DNA of 64,000 bases, from the NCBI RefSeq assembly GCF_963853765.1, contig NC_088854.1, positions 48,112,001 to 48,176,000 on the forward strand, given 5' to 3'. Within the stretch, counting starts at the first letter, position 1. Each line of letters starts with the position of its first letter. Positions 1 to 12,300 of this stretch are shown here, piece by piece. Made by a program: the position numbers and the translations under genes. Below the pieces are notes generated by a model. That model worked only from the letters and a program-made list of their open reading frames with translations. It was not told the DNA's origin and ran no database searches. The DNA comes from Magallana gigas (Eukaryota).

Positions 1-2018
1 AATAGAGACACAGATTTGATCATAATCTTAGTACATGTAGTTTATATTGTGTAATAATTATGGGAATGTACCAAGATGATCTAATGAAAGTATAAGAAGA
101 TAAGAACTATTTGAATTGATCTATTTTGTTTCCATAATGTATTTAATACAATGTACATAAGTTTTTGTTTATAAATCAAAGTCATAATTTTATAAACCAG
201 GGTTTTTTTATAACTGGTGGGATATAATTTGAATAATAGAGTTATTTAATGCTATCACATTTGATTTCTTTTCTTTTTCCAGTAAGCATATTTTTCGAAA
301 TGATGTTTTTCACTAGTCATGAATGGTTGTGTCTTGATTAAACTAGATTATTCAGACATTGATGTGTGGCAAATTAAAATAATCTCAGATAAGCAATAAT
401 GATGTTAAGTGATCATCTGATTCAAAACATTTAGTGCTCATTTTTTCCAGATATTTACATTTGGTTGTACATGTATTCCACTTCAAAGGGTTATTGCATT
501 GACTTGTTTACATTTTTGTTCACCCTTGTGAACTGTTTTCTCTCCATTTACAGTGTAATATTTTTCATAAAGTAGAATCTCGAGGGTATCATATCATCTA
601 AGATTTATAATGCATGTATAATATATCAGGATCATACAAACACACAATTTAACGTCTCCTTTCAGTGGGTATTTGAATTTCATTTTTCATTAATATTGGT
701 GTTTGAAATGTCAAATTATAAAATAAAATCTTGGATTTAATTTTCAAAAAAGGTTTTTTTTTTTACTTTATTTTACATGTACATGTATACAGCAAACAGG
801 TTTAGATGAGGTGGACACGAATTTCCAGTCTGTCTATCTGTCCTAAATTTTGACCAAATTGCATCTTGATGGCAAAAAAAATAATTTTTATGGCCAAAAA
901 ATTGAGTTGCGCCTATGGAGGGATATAACTTTCAAAGAATGTGAATTTTGTCTTTTGTCTAATTTCCGAAACGGGGATATCTCCCAGACTGTGGCACAGT
1001 TAAGAGTATTTAAATTGTTTCAGACCTTGCTGCTTTATCAATGAATATGAAAACAATTGGAATCTTCTCTAATACTCAAGGAATCATGTTTCTTTGCTCA
1101 TTCTATCATGAATATTAAGGGGGTTCTAAATTGAACTGCATGGTTTGACTACAGCTCAACTAGTTGCATGGCTGCATATTACAGAGGTACAAGGAATTTG
1201 AGTGTTGGTGAGGGGCGAGGGGGTGAAGAATGCAGGGATGATCACTCATGGGGCCAATACATCTATTATTATGCATAGGTTTGTCAAACTAGTAGTCTCC
1301 ACCACATTTATTACCAGTACTGTCAATAAAATTTGATATTAAGTAAGACAACAATTTTCGTAATTGTTATTGGCTGAAAGGACATCACATGACGTTCGTC
1401 CGTTTCATGATCAGATATCGAAATTGATAGGATGTTCATACGTAGATTTAGACACCCTACCAACTGTTACACTGGCAAGCCTGGTCGATATCACATTAAG
1501 GCTTCGGTCAATATCACTTGACAAGGGTGCATATAACAACATATCGACCTAATGAAGTCCAATTTTTTTAAAATTGTATAATATATATATAGCAAATATT
1601 CTTCTGGACTACATTTAAGATAGTAGCAGCTATGCTAACCGCTAGGTCAGATGAATGCGGTAGAAATTAAAGAGTTTATTCTGCTATAAAGCAAGCGTAT
1701 CATTTAAAACTAAGCTCTATATCATACTATAGTGTTTGGTGGCACACTTCTGTCCCATTGTGTGGAAGTTACTAATTTTTCTATATTAAACATGTCGACA
1801 TACAATATCAATATGTTGAAAAGCAAGATAATTACGTCAACATGCAAGATAGCTCAGTCAATTCAGTTTTACAATATTACAGTTTTAAAATTATACCGTT
1901 CATGTAGATAACCATTGTTGACAATATAAATATATGCATTAACTCTACCCTTTAAAATAATGTTAAATTGGCATTTACCAATTATAGTTATCGTGTTTGT
2001 TCCAATAAAATAACTTTA

Positions 2019-2270
2019 GAACCATTTTATCAAGAGCTTGGATTTTGGGTGGTTGTGTCAAACAGCAATATGACGTAGGCCTGTGTATTTCATTGCTGGC
2101 CACTCAGCCATGGCTCTTTGAAATCAACACTATTTGTCTGCTTTTGAGCTAAGACTACGCAATCGGTGCATATTTCGCTTGAAACTACGTCATTTTTAAA
2201 TAACTCGTTTTGACGCAAGAAATAGATAGCTACGTCTAAGCGAAAGTCCAAGGTCTCGTTAAAATGGTTC
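2019..2270. mobile_element. TA-flanked MITE, 252 bp
   Basis: Imperfect terminal inverted repeats (ta)gaaccattttatcaagagcttgga / tccaaggtctcgttaaaatggttc(ta). TA on both sides. Confidence 0.65.
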
Positions 2271-3041
2271 TATTTGTATTAAAAAAGGTATAGCGCCTTT
2301 TCCCATACCTGTGTTTGAATGGAAAGTCATGACCTGTTGCTAAAATTAGATACAGGTACCTGTCGCAATATGATCAAAACCTACTGATTTTATAATGGTG
2401 TCAGTATGTAACCACTGATTTGTCATAAATAGGAAACCTGCATCGAGAACTCTATGTATAAAATCAGTTGATATTATGAACGTGATAACCGATCAATGCA
2501 ATGAATGCAGTGTTGTTGACGGAAGAGATCTGGGTGTTGTTGATTTTTTTCATATCCCAAGCATGCTCACACTCAGAATTAAACAAAAGAATTAAAAAAA
2601 AACTCCAGCAGATTAGATACACTAGATACATGTAATCTAAACACTCGATCTATTCTTATCATGCTTTTAAGGAAAAGAAAAAAAAACTACTCAGAGGAAT
2701 CGTTCAAGCGACCGCAAAATCAAAGTGTACATGTAAGAGTTACCATTAGGCCACGCACATAACAGTTTCATGGGATGTTTTTTTAATGTATGTCGCTATA
2801 TGCTTTATTATATTTTAAAAAGTCATTAACCAGATTAACTGAAATAATCGTTCAATTATCAATAAGAAGACCACGTTAAACCAAACTTAATTCAATGTAA
2901 AAGTGTACTACTTTACCCGTTGATCATAATTTAAATTGGATTTCTTTGGTTTAAAGTGATTCAAATGGTCAGCTACTCAACTTTTTATATATCTCTAACA
3001 AAACCTGTAGATTTTAACGATGCCGTGTAAGATTCTATTAA

Positions 3042-3872
3042 GGTAGTCCATCAATAATTAAGGCGAATTTAACCATTTTGATTAATCTATACTACATCAA
3101 ATACGTATTTTTTAAGTTGTTTAAGGCTGACATAAACCAAAATCGGACCTATGTATGTAGTCAATTAAATAAACTTTTTACACTTAAAACTGTTTTAAAG
3201 AGTTGTCTGCCCTTTAAGAAAATTAAAAAGATAATTTTTTGAAAATATGTATGGTAAATTATATATGAATTATTTTAGCATATTCAAAGAAAGGGAAAGC
3301 TTTTGCAACTTTTTACCAAGAGAAATGTGAGAAAATTACTTGTCCTAAAAAAATATATTTAAAAATGCATTTTCCCCATAGACTTAAGTATATATGATAA
3401 ATTTGTTAAAGGGACTTGGACACGATTTGAGATCAAATATTTTATTTTTATTTTTTATGTATAAAATGGTTTATTGGTGCATTTTAAATGATTGACCAAA
3501 ATATTAAATGTTAAAGTCAAGTTACAAGCGAGATACAGAGGTATTTTAAGAATTGATTGTTATGTAAACAAAACTCGAGTCTTATAGTTGTTTATAAAAA
3601 AGTAATGTAGAGAATTACCATTTCTTAGACAAAATCTCATGTAAATAACAATTTAAACTAATTCAATATCTTCTTAAATAATATTTTCAACAAAAGAAAG
3701 TTACACACATTTCAAGTCAAATCGTGTCCAAGTCCCTTTAATATTAATTTTTTCTTCAATTTCAGAGGTGAATATTTATTATTTAATAAACCCTTTAAAA
3801 TCACATTAAAATTTTGGTGATTAAACTTGCAATCTAATAGATATGAAATATGATAGTTGTGGATGGACAACC
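3042..3872. mobile_element. TTAA-flanked non-autonomous DNA transposon (Kolobok-like), outer element hosting a nested MITE
   Basis: ttaa|ggtagtccatc ... gatggacaacc|ttaa: 11-bp TIR with 1 mismatch, TTAA at 3038-3041 and 3873-3876. Confidence 0.55.
3410..3737. mobile_element. TTAA-flanked MITE (Kolobok-like), 328 bp, nested in 3042-3872
   Basis: Perfect 21-bp TIR agggacttggacacgatttga / tcaaatcgtgtccaagtccct. TTAA at 3406-3409 and 3738-3741. Confidence 0.85.
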
Positions 3873-4295
3873 TTAATTACACAGGTATATACTGCAGGGC
3901 CAAAACACCACGTGGTGAAAAAGACAATGGACCAAAAAAATGAAACCCATATTCATAGTCTTATATGCGTTTTTCTCTTTCTCATTTTTATAACGGTAAA
4001 CAATGCTATTGAATGACATTGAAAATCATTGCATGTGCTAGAGATTGAAACGAACTTGAAAATGTTGCGATTGCCCCCTAAAGTCGACCCAGAAGAACAA
4101 AAGAAAATAGCGAGATATGGGTGCATACAGAGCGTTTGTGTATTTGCAGTCACATGTGCCGTTATCCGTGCTCGTGAGTGATGATATTCTATTATTTATA
4201 AGGGCTTACTCCTGACGTTGTTACACAAGCATTTTTGGGTGAAAGCATGTATACTCAGTTATGATTTTTAGTGCTAGGTTAGTGGTTACATTTAA

Positions 4296-6622
4296 TAATA
4301 TGTAAACGGTGTGACCGTTGGACCGAGCGCAGATTTAACACAGTGCAGTTTGATTTTTGTAGAATAAAATTTATTTGAAATGCACACAGTAGGATCCGCC
4401 TTGTTGACTACTCAAAGCATTAGCCAAAGTTTAACAAAACGTCGCGTGCTCAGTCTACATTATGACGTCATGTTTCAAACGTAATACACGTTTTAACTTC
4501 GGAAATAGCCGAAGAGAGTTACGTTATTCCGAACTTTTTTTTCTTCTTTCATTGTTTATCAATTTAATTCATATAAATGCCGCAGTAATAAAATTGAATA
4601 CTTTATTCAGTATCTAAAAGACCAGTTCCTTGATGTTAATGTTTTTATTTTCCATCTGATAATTTGATAAGACATACATAGAACTAGTCGTGTTTTTTGA
4701 CTGAAGCACTATTGAAACTTAATCGGTGTCCTCTTTTATTTCTTTTGATTCAAATTACCTTCTATTTAAATACTGGAACATTTTAACTGAGTTTAGGGGC
4801 AACAAACATCGATAAGTACCGGTCAAACAATGATCGAATTAACTTTTAAAAAACAAAATGGCTGCCAATATGGCCGCGCCCATGGCTGGAAGAAAAATTT
4901 TTTGGCCTTAGTACCCCTGATTAAACTTTCAGTTTTCAATGATTTTCTTATATATACGTGTTACCATTAATCCTCGCTTCGCGAGGCGGGCTTCGCCCGC
5001 CTCTCGCTGCGCTCGGTATAATCTATATTTTCCTGGAAAGGTTCAAAGAATTGTGTGTTGGGGGGGGGGGGGGGGGGGGGGTCATATCAAGTGGGTATTA
5101 TCAGAGACATAAATATAAAATAACATTATGTTATTTATGTCTCTGGTACTATCTACCACACATAATATGTAAACGGTGTGACCGTTGGACCGAGCGCAGA
5201 TTTAACACAGCGCAGTTTGATTTTTGTAGAATAAAATTTATTTGAAACGCACACAGTAGGATCCGCCTGGTTGCCTACTCAAATGATTAGACAAAGTTTA
5301 ACTAAACGTCGCGTGCTCAGTCTACATTGTGACGTCATATTTCAGACGTAAAACGTTCAAGTTTTGTCTTCGGAAATAGCCGAAGAGTGTAACGTTATTC
5401 CGAACTATTTTTTATTTCTTCTTTCATTGTTTATCAATTTAATTCATATGAATGCCGCTGTAATAAAATTAAATACTTTATTCGGTATCTAAAAGATCAG
5501 TTTCTTGACCTTAATGTTTTTATTTTCCATCTGATAATTTGATAAGACATACATAGAACATGTCGTGTTTCTTGATTAAAGCACTATTGAAAATTATCTG
5601 GTTTCATTTTTAATTTCTTTTAATTCAAATTACCTTCTTTTGAAACACTTGAACTTATTTAATCGAGTTTAGGGGCAACAAACATCGATAAGTACTTATC
5701 AATCAATGATCGAAATAACTTTTTAAAAACAAAATGGCTGCCAATATGGCGGCGCCCATGGCTGGAAGAAATTTTTTTTGGCCTTAGTACCCCTGATTCA
5801 ACTTTCATTTTTCAATGATTTTTTTATATATACGTGTTACCATTAATCCTCGCTTCGCGAGGCGGGCTTCGCCCGCCTCTCGCTGCGCTCGGTAATATGT
5901 AAACGGTGTGACCGTTGGACCGAGCGCAGATATAACACAGTGCAGTTTGATTTTTGTAAATCAAAATTAATTTGAACGTGCACAGTAGGATCCGCCTGGT
6001 TGCCTACTCAAATCATTAGCTAAAGTTTAAGTAAACGTCGCGTGCTCAGTCTACATTATGACGTCATGTTTCAGACGTAAAACGTACACGTTTTGTCTTC
6101 GGAAATAGCCGAAGAGAGTAACGTTATTCCGAACTTTTTTAAAATTTCTTCTTTCATTGTTTATCAATTTAATTCATATATATAACGCGGTAATAAAATC
6201 GAATACTTTATTCAGTATCTAAAAGTTCAGTTCTTGATGGTAATGTTTTTATTTTCCATCTGATAATTTGATAAGATATACATAGAACTAGTCGTGTTTC
6301 TTGATTGAAGCACTTTTGAAGCTTATCTGGTGTCCTCTTTTATTTCTTTTAATTCAAATTACCTATTATTGAAACACTAGAAAATTTTAATCTAGATTAG
6401 GGGCAATAAACATCGTTAAGTACCAGTCAATCAATGATCGAACTAACTTTTTAAAAACAAAATGGCTCCCAATATGGCGGCGCCCAGGGCTGGAAGAAAA
6501 TTTTTTTGGCCTTAGTACCCCTGATTCAACTTTCATTTTTCACTGATTTTCTTATATATACGTGTTACCATTAATCCTCGCTTCGCGAGGCGGGCTTCGC
6601 CCGCCTCTCGCTGCGCTCGGTA
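4296..6622 (-). mobile_element. Tandem array of three ~725-bp Helentron-type non-autonomous elements (HINE/DINE-1-like)
   Basis: Units are 4296-5016, 5163-5892 and 5893-6620. Each has an asymmetric 10-bp inverted repeat (ccgagcgcag near one end, ctgcgctcgg at the other terminus), a hairpin aacggt-gtg-accgtt outside the internal copy, and GC hairpins cctcgc-ttc-gcgagg and gaggcgggc-ttc-gcccgcctc. No coding capacity. Confidence 0.75.
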
Positions 6623-7310
6623 TTAAGTAAATCATACATCAAAGCTGTCCGGGAATCAATAAGTTTGTGCAATTATGAACGATTTTCTTTGCAGTTACTG
6701 TAATGTATGAAAGGTTTATAACGGTTAGTAAATGAAAGTAGAAATATTTACTTGTAAATTGAATTTATCAGATATCTCTCGGTTTTTCTTTTCCCATATA
6801 GTTTGGCATATGTCAAGGTTTGACTGTAACTGAATGTATGTCATCTTATCTTTACAGTACCATACGTTATGAAGCAGCTGAATTCCTAAGGACTGTTGCT
6901 CTGCTGGGAGGTCAAGAGAGCTGTACATAGTTTGACAATGCCTCATGGAGGAAAATGTAGATACTGGACACGAATTACCCTGGACACTGCATAACAAAAT
7001 TGTTTTTGATGATGATGAGCATCCTGTTTTTGCAGTTATATGATGATAAATAAATGTATCTCGCATATCTAATAGCTCTTTTTGATCTATGCATATTTTA
7101 ATCTATCAAAAGAGAACTAACCATCAATATGGCAGACTGATTAAAATCAACCCTTCCAACAGCCCTTTAATTCTGATTAAGAACATCTGAACAATTAGAT
7201 TAAGGAGCTAGTCGAAGGTTGCTTGTGGTGGTCTTTTCCTATCTGTGTAAACAGGATCAAAATATTGCTCTCCTTCTACAAAAAATCCTTTCACACCGCA
7301 AACCTTCATA

Positions 7311-7485
7311 CAGCAAAACTCATTTATAACGAAGTCACTGGGACCTGAGAAATTACTTTGTTATATCCGTAATTCGTTATAACCGTATAAAAAATTCATT
7401 AAATTTACATAGCTGGGGATCCAAGATGACTTCGCTATATCCGTGAATTCGCAATATCCGTGTTCTTAATAAACGAGTTTTACTG
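7311..7485. mobile_element. Tc1/mariner-type MITE, 175 bp
   Basis: (ta)cagcaaaactcatttataacgaa / ttcttaataaacgagttttactg(ta): imperfect TIR with TA on both sides. Confidence 0.7.
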
Positions 7486-7544
7486 TACATTGATCATAAG
7501 CAGAATATAGAGGTATCATTGGGATACGTATCACATATATCACA

Positions 7545-8271
7545 TAAGGGGTTTTGGAAAAGCTAAAAGTATTGCAGGTAAAGGTGTGTTAAACAAAACT
7601 AAAATATCGGCACCGGACACCTCGTCAAAGACAACTCATCGAATGCGACAACTCATCAAAACTCAAAAGTCAACTACCAGGTAATCAAAAGTAAAACTCG
7701 CTGACGCAACATGTCACAGAATGACAACTCATCGATATTACATGTATATACTCTGAAGTAAAAAATCTTTGAATACTTCTCAGATTATTTTTTCATACTC
7801 ACTTAAAACATGGCTGAAGGAGGTACCAATTTACCTTATTCCGTCGCAGATGAATACAAACAAATTGGCATACAATGGTTTTGCACACTTGTGCAATAGG
7901 AAAAAGAAAACTTATTTGAAATTCAAACTGAGCACTTGTTAGGGGACTCTAATTCGAAGTGGCCGCTCATAAAGGAAAACTCTGAAAAAAAAAAATACAA
8001 TTGTGTAAACCGTCGGGGAACGAATCAGAGATGGTAACTACATGTATTTAAATGATCTTGAGGGTAAATATTAATGTTTATGTGAATAAAAATTTTATTA
8101 ATAGGTTTTCTTTCACTTTCTATGACTGTCGAATGTGTTGTCGTATCCATGAGTCGTCTATTCCATGACTTGTCCTTTCTATGCGCTGTCCATTCTGTGT
8201 GTTGTTGCATCGTTGTCATCGATGATTTTTTTCGACAAGTCGTCTTTCTATGAGTTGTCATAGACCCCTTA
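7545..8271. repeat. Foldback-like element with inverted clusters of a GACAACTCAT motif
   Basis: GACAACTCAT at 7630, 7647 and 7723. Reverse complement or variants at 8133, 8149, 8165 and 8250. 8-bp terminal inverted pair TAAGGGGT (7545) / ACCCCTTA (8264). Confidence 0.4.
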
Positions 8272-9323
8272 AATATATCTATAAGTCAAGATGTAGTTTT
8301 CTGGTTCTTTAGTTGATGATAACCATGCATAAATTTTGCCATGTTCAAACACAGGTTAAATTATTTTAAACAGTTTTTATTTTTACCAGTAATTTCTACA
8401 TTCTGCTCAAGACATATACACAGGTTTTGCTGTGTGAAACAACTTTTCTGGTTTGCAAGTAATGTATGGACACTCTTTACGCACACAGATGAACATAAAG
8501 ACAAGCTAACAACTGTTGTGTAGTAAAAAAGAATTGTATTACACTTTCCTGCTGCATTTCCATTGGGGTTAAAAATAATTGAAATCATAGAAGGGATGGG
8601 TGAGGGTAACCTGTAATCTGGAGCAAGGTACATTACCGGTAATACCTTTGAAAGGTTATAAATGGATACACTACATTCTAAGACTTCCATTTCCTACTTA
8701 GGGTTTATAAATGCAATTAAAAGAGCTCTTCTATAATGTAGAGGAAACTAAAATCTTTATATAAAAGTTAATAACTTATCATCAGTTACAAGTGCATTAC
8801 CGGTATGTTGTTTATAAAATCTTGTCTTTGGTAATAGGTAACATTTACCCTGGCGCCTACAGTGTTGAAAACACTTAAATTCACTCAAAATAAATTATTG
8901 TGCAACCAAATATTATTAAAATAAATAACAACTAAAAAAAGAAAAAAATTCCTTGTAGACAAGAACTTTAAAAGTTATTTTTTGACTATTTTTTTTGTGT
9001 ATTCTTTCCACAAATACCCTAAACTATCTGTATTTAAAGGACAGAAATATTGAATAATTCTACAACACCATTGGTACAAAGCTTTATTTCTTATATGACT
9101 TGCACATAAAACATTATTATTTTATTAAAATATTTTGATAAGAAAAATTGATTGCAATGCATTTGCACTTTTAAGAGATACATATGATTCGATGAAAATC
9201 TTAACTTTTCTTCATGTAATTTTGAACATGATTAATAAGGTCACTCATAAATATCACAGTCACAGTTCCTATATACCCGGTAGTTACACTGTTTTCAGCC
9301 GAAACACTTTGCGCTGCTGCCTG

Positions 9324-12300
9324 CTATCTTCTGTATTTCTTCTCTATTTTTTCTACTAAGTTGGGCACATTTTTGATTTCAAAGTCCAACAGCATCTGGC
9401 CCATGGCTTTTCCCTTGAAAATAATACCAGTATTTTCAGACATTGTTAACTAGGTGGTTACAAAGCAGTCACTCTGAAGGTTGTAATATAAGCGTGTGAT
9501 ATATTTATTTTCCCTGTTGTAGATTGTTTAATCAACTGAACATGTTACTTGTAGCCAAATATATATACTGGTACATGTGTAACAAAAAGAAAATTTCCTA
9601 TAATCATGAGGTGATAGGAGAGGGTGTTCATATCATAAGAACTGCAGATGATTGTGCATTCACATTTTATCACAACATATGTAGCTAACTTACAGTGTAT
9701 TTGATTTTATATGCCTCTTTTTTAATCTTTTTTAAAAAAATATATTTCTATAGTGAGATATTTTTTAATGAGAGCCAGTACAATAAAAGGCTGGTGCTAT
9801 ACCTTTTCATAAACCGGTATTTTTAATCCATTTTCCATAAAAATGACTGTTTGCACTTAAACAGAACTATCTTCTATCCATACCTGAGGGTCACTCCTGA
9901 GAGAGGCGATTCCTCCGCCCCCTAGCACATCATGCAGCACAAAGTTCAACCCATACACTCCTGGTACATCATACCTTTAAAATTTAAGAGAAAGGTATTT
10001 TCAACATTTACTATTTCGTCAATAAAAAAGACAACCAAAAATACAATCAAAATATATATTAAAACTCTAGCTAGATATAATAAAGAAATAGTTGTATTAA
10101 TGAAATTTTATATTGGATATTTAATTGCAATACATGTTAATTTTCTATTTATAAGATATATTGTTTTTTAAAATAAATAATTTGGAGATGTGTGAAGAGA
10201 TCAAAGGGGTGGTAATTAGTATTAATTGACAATACTTCACTTACCCATGATCAATTATAACAGTTGTTGTAATTAACTCAGCAGGAGTGATAATTAAACC
10301 ATGAAACTGTGGAGAACTTAACAAGGGGGTCAAACAAACCTACCTGTGTCCCACTTCCTTTGATCTCAGTAGGATAATGACCTCATTTAAAGTCTCAAAA
10401 TTTACTTAATGAAGAAAAAGAGTAACTCCTGATGCATGGATGATATATAAGGGGGAACTTGCAGGGCATTTCATTACAACTCTCTTCTTCAAACCATTCA
10501 ATATAATACTATCAATATACTCAAAACCATGGATGTTAAGACCAGTGCACAACTCCTACAGAGACACCTGATTCATCACGAGAAGGCCAAGGCCCAGGTC
10601 AAACTCATAGGTAGGATTTTGTAAAGTTTTCTGATAATTAATTCTCATTTAAATTTGTAACTGAACACTATATCCTTCAGAAATAAAATATTAAGTATAA
10701 TACTAAAAGAAACAAAAATTAACAATGGTTTTATCATTTTTCAATGATTTACAAACTTTGTCAGGTTTTTTTTAGCCAACCTACATAATTGTAATCTAAA
10801 CAATCATACCTGTAATTATCAAATACAGAGCTTTGTTGAGGAAATCAGAAAGTTGCAAGCATTTTAAAGAATGAAGAGTATATGTCTTCTATGACTCAAC
10901 ACAAACTCTGTGATATGTCATTACCATAATCTGTATTTCAAAAAAAAGGATATGTAAATTATTTTAGATCTGCATGGTGTTGTTCTGATGAAAATAAAAG
11001 TATCTGCTTGGTATTTATTTTGCTTTTAATATTTCAGAGCGACAGATTAAGAGACAATATCGACTGGCAGTGCGCACTGTTCTCAAGGGTCACAAGGGAC
11101 AGTCCCTTCACTACATGGGAATCATGACCGTTCTACAGTCCGTCCGACACTTCTACCAGCGCTATTCCCACAGGAGTTGGCTGAACGTCCAGATGCTGGC
11201 CCGCATTATCATGCAGACCATGGACCCCTGCCGCATGCTCCCTCCCCTAGAGATCCCAGAGGACAACTTCCAGTGCGAGAGTGGTCAGTCAGAGAAGTAC
11301 CAGCATGCTCTAGTGGTGGCCCATTGTAACTTCTCCAGGGCCAGTTAGTGACATCCCAGTTGTTGCTACCTTGTGATATTGTGTTTGTGATATTCTAGTG
11401 ATTTTCATTGTGTGACAGTGTTTTATTCTGACATTGTGTGTCAAATAAGACTCAAATTTTTAAATGGCTTTCAAGAGTAAGAACCTCTTGATAGGCTAAA
11501 AAGATATCCAAACTTTCAACTGATGTTTTATTGTGTCCTTTTGTGTAAACAATGATATTATTTCATGTGCTCCTCTGTGCTGAACCATTTGTATATTCTA
11601 TTCAAAATGTGAAAGTGCTTACATGTTATAAAAACTAATAAATTATAACCATAATCAATTTTATAGTCTTCTTTATAAAAAAAAAAAGCAATAGAGAAAA
11701 ATTGATTTTGGTGACAAGATAAAACCAAAACCTAATATCCCAAATATGCAATCTAAAATGCCTAGTATATGTTATATGGGTCTTAAAGGGGCATGGTCAC
11801 GAAGTTCATCAAATTTTATTTTTCTAATTTCAGTGTTTACAATGCTATTTCGTTTAAAACATAAAAAAAACCATTTCCTGATATTTGTGACATTCATTTT
11901 AGGTCTAAGTCCCTTTTAATGCATTTTAATTGCATTCCAAGCATATCTAGAAATATCTACCAGTAGTAACTTCTTACTGTTGAAATATATACAAGCTTTT
12001 ATAAAATACCTCTGTATCTTATGGTGACTGGGTACACTCTTATTCTCAAAGAGATGGGAGAAGTAGCTTTCCACCGCCTCTGTAGTGAGAGCCTGTCTAA
12101 GATAGGGTAGTATATCAGGGTGTCTGGCAATCACACCTACAACACAAATACAATGGTCATTACACACTTATACATTAAACATATAACACTTTAAAGAAAT
12201 ATTTTTTCTTTTGAATAAATGCACGTCGCTCATGAAAGAACACAAATATTACTTGAGAGCCATTTCAATTACTGCATAAAACTGCTATCATGATTTCCAC

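Noticed and set aside
850-1552. Short ORFs 850-1044 and 1364-1552
   Set aside because: No recognisable motifs, alternative start codons and no compatible splice chain. They look like repeat-derived sequence.
6725-7066. 113-aa minus-strand ORF and coding-looking plus-strand fragments (TIRYEAAEFLRTVALLGG..., NKIVFDDDEHPVFAVI)
   Set aside because: Fragments are broken by stops in every plus frame and I cannot assign them to a family. They may be a decayed gene, but this cannot be supported.
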